Below, piece by piece: positions 16,820-28,918 of a stretch of DNA of 64,000 nucleotides. Position numbers and translations under genes: made by a program. The notes under the pieces were generated by a model, which was not told the origin of the DNA, did no database searches, and worked only from the letters and a program-made list of their open reading frames with translations. Every line of letters starts with the position of its first letter. The first letter of the stretch is position 1. Location of the stretch: assembly GCF_003334815.1 (NCBI RefSeq), contig NZ_QOWO01000021.1, one strand, 5' to 3'. This stretch comes from Escherichia coli (lineage in GTDB: Bacteria; Pseudomonadota; Gammaproteobacteria; Enterobacterales; Enterobacteriaceae).

Positions 16820-18319
16820 ATGAATATCAGAAAGCTGTTTTATACGGACAATATATCCCGGATTTTATTGTTTTTATTCTTCCCGGGCATGTGTGTAATA
16901 ACCACTGCTGCATGCGGATACACTGAGAAGAATTCCACCGGGAATGTGTTGCTGCTGTTTCTCCTTCTGATTCTTGCACACAGAAATACCCTTACATCCA
17001 TTACAGCTCTGTTATTTCTGTTCTGTTGTGCACTGTATGCACCTGTCGGTATGACGTACGGAAAAATCAACAACAGTTTTATTGTCGCGTTGTTGCAGAC
17101 CACGGCGGATGAGGCTGCGGAGTTTACCGGGATGATTCCTGTTTATCATTTTCTGGTCAGTGCCGCGATTCTGGTGTTCATGGTTATTTTCTGGCGGACA
17201 CACCACCGTGGTCAACGTAACGCGATGGCTCTGTTGTTATTCGTATTATGCTCTGTAAACAGCTGGCCGTTACGGATGGTTAAAGGAACAGTTGTGGGGA
17301 CAACTGACACATTGCGTGAAATGCAGCGTTATGAACAACTGAGTCGGCACGGTGCTGACAGCTGGAAAATCCTGCCGGGAGCACCATTATATGACACGAT
17401 TGTTATTGTTACTGGTGAGAGTGTCCGCAGGGATTATATGTCGGTATATGGTTATCCCGAGCCAACCACACCATGGCTGAATACTGCTCCCGGTTTATTT
17501 ATTGACGGTTATACATCGGCAGCAGCCAGCACCGTGCCTTCCCTGAGCCGGACACTGATTTATGACTATGAGCAGAACCCTGATTCAGGCAACAACGTGG
17601 TGGCGCTGGCAGCAAAAGCAGGATACAGCACATGGTGGATATCCAATCAGGGAAAACTGGGAGAGCATGACACACGCATCTCTGTTATTGCTTCTGATGC
17701 GGACCATACTGTTTTCCTCAAGAAAGGCAGCTTTGCTTCCCGTAAAACGGATGACATGTTGTTGTTACAGGAAACAGAACGTGCGCTGACAGATACATCC
17801 ACTCCGAAGGTGATTTTCCTGCACATGATGGGGTCTCATCCGAACCCGTGTGATCGGCTTCACTCCTGGCAGAATAATTACCTGGAGCAGTATTCCCGAA
17901 AAATTGCCTGTTATCTTGCCAGCATCAGTAAACTGGATAACTTTCTTGGTCAGCTTGATGGTATCCTTCGCCGACACTCACGTCATTTCGCCATGCTTTA
18001 CTTTTCTGACCATGGGCTGTCGGTCAGCGACAGTGCTAATCCTGTTCATCATGATGGTCATGTGCAGGGAGGCTACAGCGTGCCCCTGATTATTACCGCC
18101 AGTGATATAACCTCTCATCAGTCCCTCAGCAGAAAAATCAGTGCCCGTCATTTCACAGGTATTTTTCAGTGGCTGACCGGTATTCGTACCGAAAATATAC
18201 CGCCATTCAATCCACTGACAGACGAAGATAATGAACGCATTATGGTTTTTAACGGAGAGAGGTATGTACAGGAAGACAGTCTGAAACCGCAGCCGCTTAT
18301 TCTTCCGGACCACAAGTAA
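16820..18319 (+). CDS. Phosphoethanolamine transferase-like enzyme (sulfatase superfamily; EptA/OpgE/YhbX-like architecture)
   Basis: N-terminal ~150 aa multi-helix membrane domain followed by a soluble domain with VTGESVRRDY and HMMGSHPNPCDRL motifs. Confidence 0.6.
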   Translation: MNIRKLFYTDNISRILLFLFFPGMCVITTAACGYTEKNSTGNVLLLFLLLILAHRNTLTSITALLFLFCCALYAPVGMTYGKINNSFIVALLQTTADEAAEFTGMIPVYHFLVSAAILVFMVIFWRTHHRGQRNAMALLLFVLCSVNSWPLRMVKGTVVGTTDTLREMQRYEQLSRHGADSWKILPGAPLYDTIVIVTGESVRRDYMSVYGYPEPTTPWLNTAPGLFIDGYTSAAASTVPSLSRTLIYDYEQNPDSGNNVVALAAKAGYSTWWISNQGKLGEHDTRISVIASDADHTVFLKKGSFASRKTDDMLLLQETERALTDTSTPKVIFLHMMGSHPNPCDRLHSWQNNYLEQYSRKIACYLASISKLDNFLGQLDGILRRHSRHFAMLYFSDHGLSVSDSANPVHHDGHVQGGYSVPLIITASDITSHQSLSRKISARHFTGIFQWLTGIRTENIPPFNPLTDEDNERIMVFNGERYVQEDSLKPQPLILPDHK

Positions 18320-18637
18320 TCATATATGGCAAACTGTAATACAGTTGCTTGTACTGAAAAGTATTCTGTATAAAACAGAATCCATATTCATATCAGCACA
18401 AGGGACCACCAAATCCCGGCAGTATTCATTACGTCAGTTATCCCGCATCACTCTGTGAGTGAGTTTTTTTATGAGGTTACTTTTTCATTGAATATAAATA
18501 ATGAATAACCGCAGATTCTGATAATCCTCCTCCAGGGAACAATCAGGTAAACAGTAAATACATCAGTTAATACCATTTTGTCTTTTTAACAAAGAAAATA
18601 TTCATGGAGTAAGTTCCCGGGCATTTGCCCGGGATGA

Positions 18638-19903
18638 TTACTGTTTTAATGGATTATTAATCTTTGCATATTCAAATGGACTGATAAATCTTTCTCTGTT
18701 TGCATCCAGAAAATCGGCCCACCATTGTAGCATCAAGCGGCGTTCTTCCAGATGTTCTGCTTTATGAATGTAAGCAGCACGTACACCGTTACGTTCCTGA
18801 TGGCTCATCTGACGTTCAACAGCATCGCGGGACCACAAACCTGATTCTATTAACGCACTACATGCCATCGCCCGGAACCCATGACCACAGACATCCCGGG
18901 TTGTGTCATACCCCATAACCCTCAGGGCTTTATTTACGGTGTTTTCACTGATTGGTTTACGTGGGTCATGTGCTCCCGTAAAGATCAGACCATTTTCACC
19001 AGCCCATGTCTGAAGTTCTGCCAGTATGGCTACAGCCTGTTTGCTGAGTGGCACAAGATGTGGTGTTCGCATCTTGGATCCCCGGTGTGAGAATTTTACG
19101 CCTGGCAGAGGTTCGCGCTCAGCTGGAATAGTCCACATGGCATTGTCAATATCAATTTCCGACCAGCGGGCGTATCTGAGTTCACTGGAACGAATAAAAA
19201 CCAGTAAATTCAGCATAACTGCCAGTTGGGTGACAGGCTGGCCTTTATAACCGTCAATACGCGACAGAAGTTCAGGCAGGCGTGAAAGATCCAGAGCAGG
19301 GCGGTGCTGGCGTTTTACCGTGGTCAATGCACCAGCCATATCCAGAGCCGGGTTATATCTGATGATGCCAGACTGTACGGCATAACGCATTACAGCAGAT
19401 ATTCTTTGCTGCAGACGACTGGCGATTTCATAAATTTGTTTAGCTTCTGCAGCACGAACAGGGATAAGCAGGTCCGGGGTACTGAGTGTTGTGATATCCC
19501 GGTTGCCGATAAAGGGGAAAACGTGTGTCTCGAGGCTTTTGAGTACTTTATCGCTGTGTGATTGTGCCCATTGTTTATTACTGACATGCCAGCGTCGTGC
19601 AATATGTTCAAAAGAGAGTTGTAAATCAGGGACTACTTTTTTAGCTCTTTTCTGTTCGCAAGGGTCAATCCCCTCCGAAATCAGTTTTCGGGCTTCATCC
19701 CGTTTTGTACGAGCTTCGGAGAGAGATACTTCCGGATACACACCAAGTGCCAGAGTCTTCTCCTTACCCAGAATACGATAACGGAGACGCCAGTAACGGG
19801 AACCATTGGGATGTACCAGCAGGAACATGCCAGCCCCGTCAGTGAGTTTATAAGCCTTGTCAGTGGGCTTTGCAGCCCGGATTTTTGCGTCAGTCAGTGC
19901 CAT
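18638..19903 (-). CDS. int: P4-type tyrosine integrase (421 aa)
   Basis: MALTDAKIRAAKPTDKAYKLTDGAGMFLLVHPNGSRYWRLRYR... is a classic P4-like integrase N-terminus; lies next to the tRNA 3-prime end in the same orientation. Confidence 0.9.
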   Translation of the reverse strand: MALTDAKIRAAKPTDKAYKLTDGAGMFLLVHPNGSRYWRLRYRILGKEKTLALGVYPEVSLSEARTKRDEARKLISEGIDPCEQKRAKKVVPDLQLSFEHIARRWHVSNKQWAQSHSDKVLKSLETHVFPFIGNRDITTLSTPDLLIPVRAAEAKQIYEIASRLQQRISAVMRYAVQSGIIRYNPALDMAGALTTVKRQHRPALDLSRLPELLSRIDGYKGQPVTQLAVMLNLLVFIRSSELRYARWSEIDIDNAMWTIPAEREPLPGVKFSHRGSKMRTPHLVPLSKQAVAILAELQTWAGENGLIFTGAHDPRKPISENTVNKALRVMGYDTTRDVCGHGFRAMACSALIESGLWSRDAVERQMSHQERNGVRAAYIHKAEHLEERRLMLQWWADFLDANRERFISPFEYAKINNPLKQ

Positions 19904-20100
19904 AGTTCAGCCTTCTGAATGAGTTAAAGAGGGTACAAATTCTGTCGAACTGGGGTATACCCGCAATTATACCCACACAATGGGGTTGATGTGGGGGGAA
20001 TCTGGTTGAGTTCGGTAGAATTGATTTGGAGGAAGAACACTTAAATCATGGTGTTCTGAAACGAAAAACGGACCTCCGTGGAGGTCCGTTGATATGAATT

Positions 20101-20176
20101 TGGTGCCCGGACTCGGAATCGAACCAAGGACACGGGGATTTTCAATCCCCTGCTCTACCGACTGAGCTATCCGGGC
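20101..20176 (-). tRNA. pheV: tRNA-Phe (GAA)
   Basis: Reverse complement reads GCCCGGATAGCTCAGTCGGTAGAGCAGGGGATTGAAAATCCCCGTGTCCTTGGTTCGATTCCGAGTCCGGGCACCA. Confidence 0.95.
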
Positions 20177-20281
20177 AACGGGGCGCATTAAACCTGATTC
20201 GCCTCGTCTCGTCAATCAAATTTCTTCAATTTACTGCAGACTGCACAATCTATCATCACTTTGCCGATATTGCACGCATTG

Positions 20282-20989
20282 TCAGGCAAACCAGGCGGTC
20301 CAGGCGGCGGAAAGCGGCATTGCCAGAAGGAGTGCTGGAAGCATGTTGACCACCGGGAACATTTTAATGCCACAGATGCGTAATCCGGTTGCCAGCAGCA
20401 ATAAACCGCCTACGGCGCTGAAGTCTGCCATCATCGACGGTGTGGTCAGCGGTAAAATCAGCGCGGCAGCCCACGCCAGCGTTAACTGGATGATCAGTAA
20501 TGGGATACTAATCACCGATACCGCAATACCCAGCGAGCAGGCGAAGATCATCGCCGTAAAGAAATCAAGAAATGACTTGGCGATTAAAATACTCGGATCG
20601 CCGGTCATCCCTTCGTTCATCGCCCCGAAGATCCCGGTGCCGCTGGCGCAAAACAGGACAATAATCGCGACATAATTCTGAATAAAAGATTCATGCGCTG
20701 GCTTCTTACGTGAGTGACGAAACAGATTTTGTGCTTTGGCGACTGCTGTATTGACACCTTTCTCCAGCAAACAAATTTCGCCAATTAGAGCGCCAAGTAG
20801 CGTAGCTAAAACCATCGCTGGAAGGTTGGCACATTTCACCACCAGTAAAATACCAATCCCCAGCGATGCCAGACCAAAAATTGATGTCATGGAGACGCGG
20901 ATACGTTCCGGTAAGCGTTGGCTGAGCAGTGCGCCGAGAACGCCACCCAGTAAGACTGCACTAGCGTTGATAAAAGGGCCGATGACCAC
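20282..20989 (-). CDS. yqgA: Inner-membrane protein YqgA (DUF554)
   Basis: 235-aa hydrophobic ORF; sequence and length match K-12 YqgA from memory; adjacent to pheV. Confidence 0.85.
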
Positions 20990-21386
20990 AAGAGTTCCTG
21001 TTAGCTGTATTGTTTGATTTTCTTATTATGACCGTTTGGTGCCGTCGATGGCTTGTTTGTTCGCAAAGTCCTGGCTTGCACGCTTTAGCGAAAGGTGCCA
21101 TGATTGCGCGAATTTTCTCCTCTCTGTACGGAGTTTGCCCGATGCACGCCATCTCCTTACATTCTCTCGCTTATCGCCGTTTCGCGCGAAACGTTTCCCT
21201 TTCTATGTTACTGCTCATGCGGTGAAGTTAACGCACGCTCACTGCAGGACAACAGTAAAATCAGAGCGTTTCTGCTTTTACTGATGTCTGGCGGTCGGAG
21301 CTGGTGACCAGTTTGACCCATATCTCATGGGGCAGGGTTTTCCACCTTGTCCGGTATTCTTACTTCCCCGAAACGGGTTTGCGCTT

Positions 21387-23522
21387 ATGAAATCAATGAA
21401 TATTGCCGCCAGTAGTGAACTGGTATCCCGACTTTCTTCTCATCGTCGCGTGGTGGCGTTGGGAGATACTGATTTTACGGACGTCGCGGCAGTCGTCATT
21501 ACCGCTGCGGATAGTCGCAGTGGCATTCTTGCGTTGCTTAAGCGCACCGGTTTTCATCTACCGGTGTTTTTGTATTCCGAACATGCTGTTGAATTACCTG
21601 CGGGCGTTACGGCGGTAATCAACGGCAACGAGCAGCAGTGGCTGGAGCTGGAATCCGCAGCCTGTCAGTATGAAGAGAATTTGCTGCCACCGTTTTATGA
21701 CACGCTGACGCAGTACGTTGAGATGGGCAACAGCACCTTTGCTTGCCCTGGACATCAACATGGTGCGTTTTTTAAAAAGCATCCTGCCGGACGCCATTTT
21801 TACGATTTCTTTGGTGAGAACGTCTTTCGCGCCGATATGTGTAACGCTGACGTAAAATTGGGCGATCTGCTTATTCATGAAGGATCGGCGAAAGATGCGC
21901 AGAAATTCGCAGCCAAAGTCTTTCATGCCGATAAAACCTATTTTGTGCTGAACGGCACATCGGCAGCGAATAAAGTGGTGACGAATGCGCTGTTAACGCG
22001 TGGCGATCTGGTGCTCTTCGACCGTAACAACCATAAGTCGAATCATCACGGCGCGCTGATTCAGGCGGGGGCGACGCCGGTCTATCTGGAAGCTTCACGC
22101 AACCCGTTTGGTTTCATTGGCGGTATTGATGCGCACTGTTTTAATGAAGAGTATCTGCGCCAGCAAATTCGCGACGTTGCGCCAGAAAAAGCCGACCTGC
22201 CGCGCCCGTATCGCCTGGCGATTATTCAGCTGGGAACCTATGACGGCACTGTCTATAACGCCCGTCAGGTGATCGATACCGTTGGGCATCTGTGTGATTA
22301 CATTCTGTTTGATTCCGCGTGGGTCGGTTATGAACAATTTATCCCGATGATGGCGGATAGCTCGCCGCTGCTGTTAGAACTTAACGAAAACGATCCGGGG
22401 ATCTTTGTGACTCAGTCGGTGCACAAACAGCAGGCGGGATTCTCACAGACGTCGCAGATCCATAAAAAAGATAACCATATCCGCGGACAGGCGCGTTTTT
22501 GCCCGCATAAGCGGTTGAATAACGCCTTTATGCTCCATGCTTCTACCAGCCCTTTCTATCCGCTGTTTGCTGCACTGGATGTTAACGCCAAAATTCATGA
22601 AGGGGAGAGTGGGCGTCGGCTGTGGGCTGAGTGTGTTGAGATAGGGATTGAAGCGCGCAAGGCTATTCTTGCGCGCTGTAAGCTGTTCCGCCCGTTTATC
22701 CCGCCCGTTGTTGATGGCAAATTGTGGCAGGATTATCCGACATCAGTGTTAGCCAGCGACCGCCGTTTTTTCAGTTTTGAGCCGGGGGCGAAGTGGCACG
22801 GCTTTGAAGGATATGCCGCGGATCAGTATTTTGTTGATCCGTGCAAGCTGTTACTCACTACACCAGGTATCGATGCCGAAACCGGCGAATATAGCGACTT
22901 TGGCGTTCCGGCGACGATTCTGGCGCACTATCTGCGTGAGAACGGCATTGTGCCGGAGAAGTGCGATCTCAACTCCATTCTGTTTTTATTAACTCCGGCG
23001 GAAAGCCACGAGAAGCTGGCACAACTGGTGGCGATGCTGGCGCAATTTGAACAGCATATTGAGGATGACTCGCCGCTGGTTGAGGTGTTGCCGAGCGTTT
23101 ATAACAAGTATCCGGTGCGCTATCGCGACTACACCCTGCGCCAGTTGTGTCAGGAGATGCACGATCTGTATGTCAGTTTCGACGTCAAAGACCTACAAAA
23201 AGCGATGTTCCGCCAGCAGAGTTTCCCGTCAGTGGTGATGAACCCCCAGGATGCGCATAGCGCTTATATTCGCGGTGACGTGGAGTTGGTGCGGATTCGT
23301 GATGCCGAAGGGCGAATTGCGGCAGAAGGGGCGTTGCCTTATCCACCTGGCGTGCTTTGCGTGGTACCCGGGGAAGTCTGGGGTGGGGCGGTTCAACGTT
23401 ATTTCCTTGCACTGGAAGAAGGGGTGAATTTGTTGCCGGGATTTTCGCCGGAGCTGCAAGGTGTTTATAGCGAAACCGATGCGGATGGCGTGAAACGGTT
23501 GTACGGTTATGTGTTGAAGTAA
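21387..23522 (+). CDS. speC: Ornithine decarboxylase, constitutive (711 aa)
   Basis: Starts MKSMNIAASSELVSRL...; listed ORF has a 20-codon upstream extension. Confidence 0.93.
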   Translation: MKSMNIAASSELVSRLSSHRRVVALGDTDFTDVAAVVITAADSRSGILALLKRTGFHLPVFLYSEHAVELPAGVTAVINGNEQQWLELESAACQYEENLLPPFYDTLTQYVEMGNSTFACPGHQHGAFFKKHPAGRHFYDFFGENVFRADMCNADVKLGDLLIHEGSAKDAQKFAAKVFHADKTYFVLNGTSAANKVVTNALLTRGDLVLFDRNNHKSNHHGALIQAGATPVYLEASRNPFGFIGGIDAHCFNEEYLRQQIRDVAPEKADLPRPYRLAIIQLGTYDGTVYNARQVIDTVGHLCDYILFDSAWVGYEQFIPMMADSSPLLLELNENDPGIFVTQSVHKQQAGFSQTSQIHKKDNHIRGQARFCPHKRLNNAFMLHASTSPFYPLFAALDVNAKIHEGESGRRLWAECVEIGIEARKAILARCKLFRPFIPPVVDGKLWQDYPTSVLASDRRFFSFEPGAKWHGFEGYAADQYFVDPCKLLLTTPGIDAETGEYSDFGVPATILAHYLRENGIVPEKCDLNSILFLLTPAESHEKLAQLVAMLAQFEQHIEDDSPLVEVLPSVYNKYPVRYRDYTLRQLCQEMHDLYVSFDVKDLQKAMFRQQSFPSVVMNPQDAHSAYIRGDVELVRIRDAEGRIAAEGALPYPPGVLCVVPGEVWGGAVQRYFLALEEGVNLLPGFSPELQGVYSETDADGVKRLYGYVLK

Positions 23523-23527
23523 GAATA

Positions 23528-23560
23528 AAAAAAACGGGTCACCTTCTGGCGACCCGTTTT
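23528..23560. terminator. Bidirectional intrinsic terminator between convergent speC and nupG
   Basis: aaaaaaacgggtcaccttctggcgacccgttttt: GC stem flanked by A-run and T-run. Confidence 0.6.
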
Positions 23561-23571
23561 TCTTTGCGTAA

Positions 23572-24828
23572 TTAGTGGCTAACCGTCTGTGTGCCTGTCG
23601 GGACACGAACGTGTTTATATTTGAACATCGCCATGAACGCGAAGGCCAGAACCACGGAGTAACCAGCGAAAATCAACCATACGGTCTGCCAGTCGGTAAT
23701 GCCGTTTTGGGTGTACATCTCAACAACTTTACCGCTCACGATGCCGCCGAGGATACAGCCGAAGCCGTTAGTCATCATCAGGAACATCCCTTGTGCACTG
23801 GCGCGAATTGCCGGGCTAACTTCTTTTTCGACAAACACCGAACCAGAGATGTTGAAGAAGTCGAATGCGCAACCGTAAACGATCATCGACAGTACCAGCA
23901 GTACAGTACCGAACGGAGTCGGGTCGCCGTAAGCAAACAGCGCAAAACGCAGGATCCACGCCACAATACTGATCATCATTACGTTCTTAATACCGTAGCG
24001 GCTTAAGAAGAACGGGATGGTCAGAATGAACAGGGTTTCAGAGATCTGCGAAATCGACATGATGATTGACGCATGCTGCACAATAAAGCTGCTGGCAAAC
24101 ATCGGATCTTTGTCGAAGCTGTGCAGGAAGGTATTACCGAACATGTTGGTAATCTGCAGTTCCGCGCCCAGCAGCATTGAGAAGATAAAGAAGATTGCCA
24201 TACGCTTGTTTTTAAACAGCGCGAATGCATCGAGGCCCAGCAGGGTTGTCCAGCTCTGATTCGCTTGCTGTTTAGCAACCGGAATATGCGGCAGAGTCAG
24301 GGTAAACAGAACCAGAATGGCGGAAAGTGCTGCGCCAATATACAGCTGCATGTGGCTTAATTCGAAGCCAGACAGGCTCACCACCCACATTGCCATGATA
24401 AAGCCGATGGTGCCCCAGATACGGATTGGCGGGAAGTCAGTAACGATATCCATCCCGGCATTTTGCAGGCGATAGTAAGAGATGGTGTTGATTAACCCAA
24501 GCGTTGGCATATAAGCAAACGAGTTAATCAATATCACAAGGAACATCGCTTCCGGTGTCGTGACCTGTGCCGCCATGAACAGCGTGATAGCGCCAATGGT
24601 GTGGCAAATGGCATATACCCATTTCGCACTTAACCATTTGTCGGCCACAATCCCCAGCAGCGCAGGCATAAAGACCGCTGCGATACCCAGTGAGCTATAA
24701 ACTGCGCCAATAGAAGCACCGTCAAACTTCAGGGTAACAAACATATAGGAGCCGAGGGTCGTCAGCCAACTTCCCCACAGACAGAACTGCAGAAAAGAGA
24801 GGATTTTCAGCTGCAGCTTAAGATTCAT
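23572..24828 (-). CDS. nupG: Nucleoside:H+ symporter NupG (418 aa)
   Basis: Starts MNLKLQLKILSFLQF...; listed ORF 23572-24876 has an upstream in-frame extension. Confidence 0.93.
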   Translation of the reverse strand: MNLKLQLKILSFLQFCLWGSWLTTLGSYMFVTLKFDGASIGAVYSSLGIAAVFMPALLGIVADKWLSAKWVYAICHTIGAITLFMAAQVTTPEAMFLVILINSFAYMPTLGLINTISYYRLQNAGMDIVTDFPPIRIWGTIGFIMAMWVVSLSGFELSHMQLYIGAALSAILVLFTLTLPHIPVAKQQANQSWTTLLGLDAFALFKNKRMAIFFIFSMLLGAELQITNMFGNTFLHSFDKDPMFASSFIVQHASIIMSISQISETLFILTIPFFLSRYGIKNVMMISIVAWILRFALFAYGDPTPFGTVLLVLSMIVYGCAFDFFNISGSVFVEKEVSPAIRASAQGMFLMMTNGFGCILGGIVSGKVVEMYTQNGITDWQTVWLIFAGYSVVLAFAFMAMFKYKHVRVPTGTQTVSH

Positions 24829-25029
24829 GTTAATTTCCTCACATCGTGATGCGGATGAGTGTTTGAAAAAGCACATTTGACCGTGCGAGATGATGGGATT
24901 CTATCAACTTCGCGGACTGGTTTTTTGTTACCTGTGGCAAATAATTGCAAACATTCCCAATTTGCAAAACGAAATTGTGATGTGGATAACATTTTTGCCC
25001 CTGAGCATCGTCAGGGGCGGTTAATGGAA

Positions 25030-26136
<1,107 letters not shown>

Positions 26137-26173
26137 TTATGCAAGTTGCCGGAGGCGTGCTCCGGCACTGTTT

Positions 26174-26452
<279 letters not shown>

Positions 26453-26476
26453 TCATCCTCTTTATCGACTCACGCG

Positions 26477-27529
26477 CTAAACCGGCGCGCCAGTGCGTAA
26501 CTGCTGTAACAAACGCTCCACGGGAGCCGCCAGGCCAACTGACGGCGGTTGCGCTAAGTTATACCAGAGCGCATTGCCTTCATCCATGCAGCCGGTGAAT
26601 GACGACACGGGAAGCCACATAGGCACAATATCTAAGTGGAAATGGCTGAAGGTATGCCGAAACGCGGTCAGTTGCGTCAGGTTATCGGCAGCAATCTGCC
26701 GTTGCGCCAGCCACTGCCGCAAACTTTCTTCGTCGGCAAACTGCGGGAAACAGTATAAACCGCCCCACAATCCGCTCGGCGGACGCTGCGCCAGCAATAC
26801 TTCATCTTCGTGCTGTAATAGCAAAAAGTAGCCGGTGCGCTCCGGCAGCGTCTGTTTCGGTTTTTTGCCCGGATAAAGCGCCCAGCTATTGTTGGCGGCG
26901 GCAATACATCCGTTTTGTAGCGGACAGAGCGAACATTTCGGTTTCGAGCGCGTACAAATCATCGCACCCAAATCCATCATCGCCTGATTAAACCGTTCCA
27001 CGCCAACCGCGGGCGTCACCTGCTCGCTCAAACTCCATAATTTATTCTCGACCTCTTTTTTCCCAGGCCAGCCGCTTACAGCATAGCAGCGCGCCAGCAC
27101 GCGTTTGACGTTACCGTCGAGAATCGGAAAGTGCTTACCCAGAGAAAGCGAGAGAATCGCGCCTGCGGTGGAACGCCCGACGCCCGGCAGTGCTGCAACT
27201 TCCTCAAAGGTTTCCGGGAATTTACCGCCGTGTAAGGTCGCCACTTGTTGTGCCGCTTTATGCAGATTGCGCGCGCGGGCGTAATAGCCAAGCCCGGTCC
27301 ACAAGTGGAGAACTTCGTCGAGCGGCGCATTGGCGAGATCGGTCACCGTCGGGAAGCGCGCCATAAAGCGTTCAAAATAGGGGATAACGGTCGCAACCTG
27401 AGTTTGTTGCAACATCACTTCTGAGAGCCATACTTTGTAGGGCGTCTTGTCAATTTGCCAGGGCAGAGTTTTTCGCCCGTATTTATCGTACCAGTCCAGA
27501 ACCTGGGCTGAAAATTGCGACGCTTGCAT
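26477..27529 (-). CDS. mutY: Adenine DNA glycosylase MutY (350 aa)
   Basis: Starts [25 protein letters not shown]...; listed ORF has a 10-codon extension. Confidence 0.93.
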   Translation of the reverse strand: MQASQFSAQVLDWYDKYGRKTLPWQIDKTPYKVWLSEVMLQQTQVATVIPYFERFMARFPTVTDLANAPLDEVLHLWTGLGYYARARNLHKAAQQVATLHGGKFPETFEEVAALPGVGRSTAGAILSLSLGKHFPILDGNVKRVLARCYAVSGWPGKKEVENKLWSLSEQVTPAVGVERFNQAMMDLGAMICTRSKPKCSLCPLQNGCIAAANNSWALYPGKKPKQTLPERTGYFLLLQHEDEVLLAQRPPSGLWGGLYCFPQFADEESLRQWLAQRQIAADNLTQLTAFRHTFSHFHLDIVPMWLPVSSFTGCMDEGNALWYNLAQPPSVGLAAPVERLLQQLRTGAPV

Positions 27530-27689
27530 GGTCACCGAATTCACTGTTGTTGGGGGCAAGATTGCAGCACAGCGACGGCAGGGTGTAAACCGGAACTTTC
27601 CGCAGCCACGGCCTTATCATGCTTGCATCCGGCAACTAACTTTGGATAATGCCCGTTTTCAGAACACTTTCACAAGCGACTAAACCTTT

Positions 27690-28409
27690 ATGAAAAACGA
27701 CGTCATTTCACCGGAATTTGATGAAAACGGCCGCCCACTGCGCCGTATCCGTAGTTTTGTGCGCCGCCAGGGGCGACTGACCAAAGGCCAGGAACATGCG
27801 CTGGAAAACTACTGGCCGGTGATGGGCGTTGAGTTCAGCGAAGATATGCTGGATTTCCCCGCGCTTTTTGGCCGTGAAGCGCCGGTGACGCTTGAGATTG
27901 GTTTTGGCATGGGGGCGTCGCTGGTGGCAATGGCTAAAGATCGCCCTGAGCAGGACTTCCTCGGCATTGAAGTGCATTCACCGGGCGTTGGTGCGTGCCT
28001 GGCTTCTGCGCATGAAGAAGGTTTAAGCAACCTGCGCGTGATGTGTCACGATGCGGTTGAAGTGCTGCATAAAATGATTCCTGACAATTCATTGCGCATG
28101 GTGCAGCTCTTTTTCCCTGACCCGTGGCACAAAGCGCGCCATAATAAACGCCGTATCGTTCAGGTGCCGTTTGCCGAACTGGTAAAAAGCAAACTGCAGC
28201 TGGGGGGCGTATTCCATATGGCGACCGACTGGGAACCTTATGCGGAACATATGCTTGAAGTGATGTCTTCTATTGACGGTTATAAAAACCTGTCAGAGAG
28301 CAATGATTACGTACCGCGTCCGGCATCACGTCCGGTGACGAAATTTGAACAACGTGGTCATCGTCTTGGTCACGGAGTATGGGACTTAATGTTCGAGAGG
28401 GTGAAATAA
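27690..28409 (+). CDS. trmB: tRNA (guanine46-N7)-methyltransferase
   Basis: 239 aa, [43 protein letters not shown]... Confidence 0.93.
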   Translation: MKNDVISPEFDENGRPLRRIRSFVRRQGRLTKGQEHALENYWPVMGVEFSEDMLDFPALFGREAPVTLEIGFGMGASLVAMAKDRPEQDFLGIEVHSPGVGACLASAHEEGLSNLRVMCHDAVEVLHKMIPDNSLRMVQLFFPDPWHKARHNKRRIVQVPFAELVKSKLQLGGVFHMATDWEPYAEHMLEVMSSIDGYKNLSESNDYVPRPASRPVTKFEQRGHRLGHGVWDLMFERVK

Positions 28410-28735
28410 TGGCAAAGAACCGTAGCCGTCGTCTGCGTAAAAAAATGCACATCGACGAATTCCAGGAATTAGGATTTTCGGTGGCATGGCGATTCCCGGA
28501 AGGTACATCGGAAGAACAGATTGATAAAACCGTTGATGATTTTATTAACGAGGTTATCGAACCGAACAAACTGGCCTTTGACGGCAGCGGTTATCTGGCC
28601 TGGGAAGGTCTGATCTGCATGCAGGAAATCGGCAAATGCACCGAAGAACATCAGGCGATTGTGCGTAAGTGGCTGGAAGAGCGCAAACTGGATGAGGTAC
28701 GCACCAGCGAACTTTTCGACGTTTGGTGGGACTAA
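28409..28735 (+). CDS. yggL: DUF469 protein YggL (108 aa)
   Basis: [23 protein letters not shown]...; ATG overlaps the trmB stop by one nucleotide. Confidence 0.9.
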   Translation: MAKNRSRRLRKKMHIDEFQELGFSVAWRFPEGTSEEQIDKTVDDFINEVIEPNKLAFDGSGYLAWEGLICMQEIGKCTEEHQAIVRKWLEERKLDEVRTSELFDVWWD

Positions 28736-28766
28736 GAAAGCATACGGGCGATGACAAATGCAAAAC

Positions 28767-28860
28767 TGCCTGATGCGCTACGCTTATCAGGCCTGGAAAG
28801 ATGCACGATCGAGTAGGCGGGATAAGGTGTTTACGCCGCATCCGGCATGGAAAACGCGTA
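28767..28860. repeat. REP/BIME element between yggL and yggN
   Basis: gcctgatgcgctacgcttatcaggcc and ggataaggtgtttacgccgcatccggca REP-type palindromes. Confidence 0.7.
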
Positions 28861-28918
28861 CTTTGTTATCAATCTGGGGCCAGCAAATGCTGGCCTGATT
28901 TTTTCTTGAGGGAAGACT

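Larger units (their letters stand above)
1..20100. mobile_element. Genomic island integrated at the 3-prime end of tRNA-Phe (pheV); distal boundary lies beyond window start
   Basis: tRNA-Phe at 20101-20176 is followed directly by a P4-type integrase gene in the same orientation; the cargo is absent from the K-12 order, where pheV sits next to yqgA-speC. Confidence 0.8.

Noticed and set aside
1-20100. Possibility that the island is a prophage
   Set aside because: No capsid, tail, terminase, lysis or phage-repressor genes seen; content is integrase plus defence and toxin cargo, which fits a genomic island or decayed integrative element.
21010-21307. Three overlapping short plus-strand ORFs upstream of speC
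   Set aside because: Lie in the yqgA-speC intergenic leader; overlapping frames, no conservation signal, more likely non-coding regulatory sequence.
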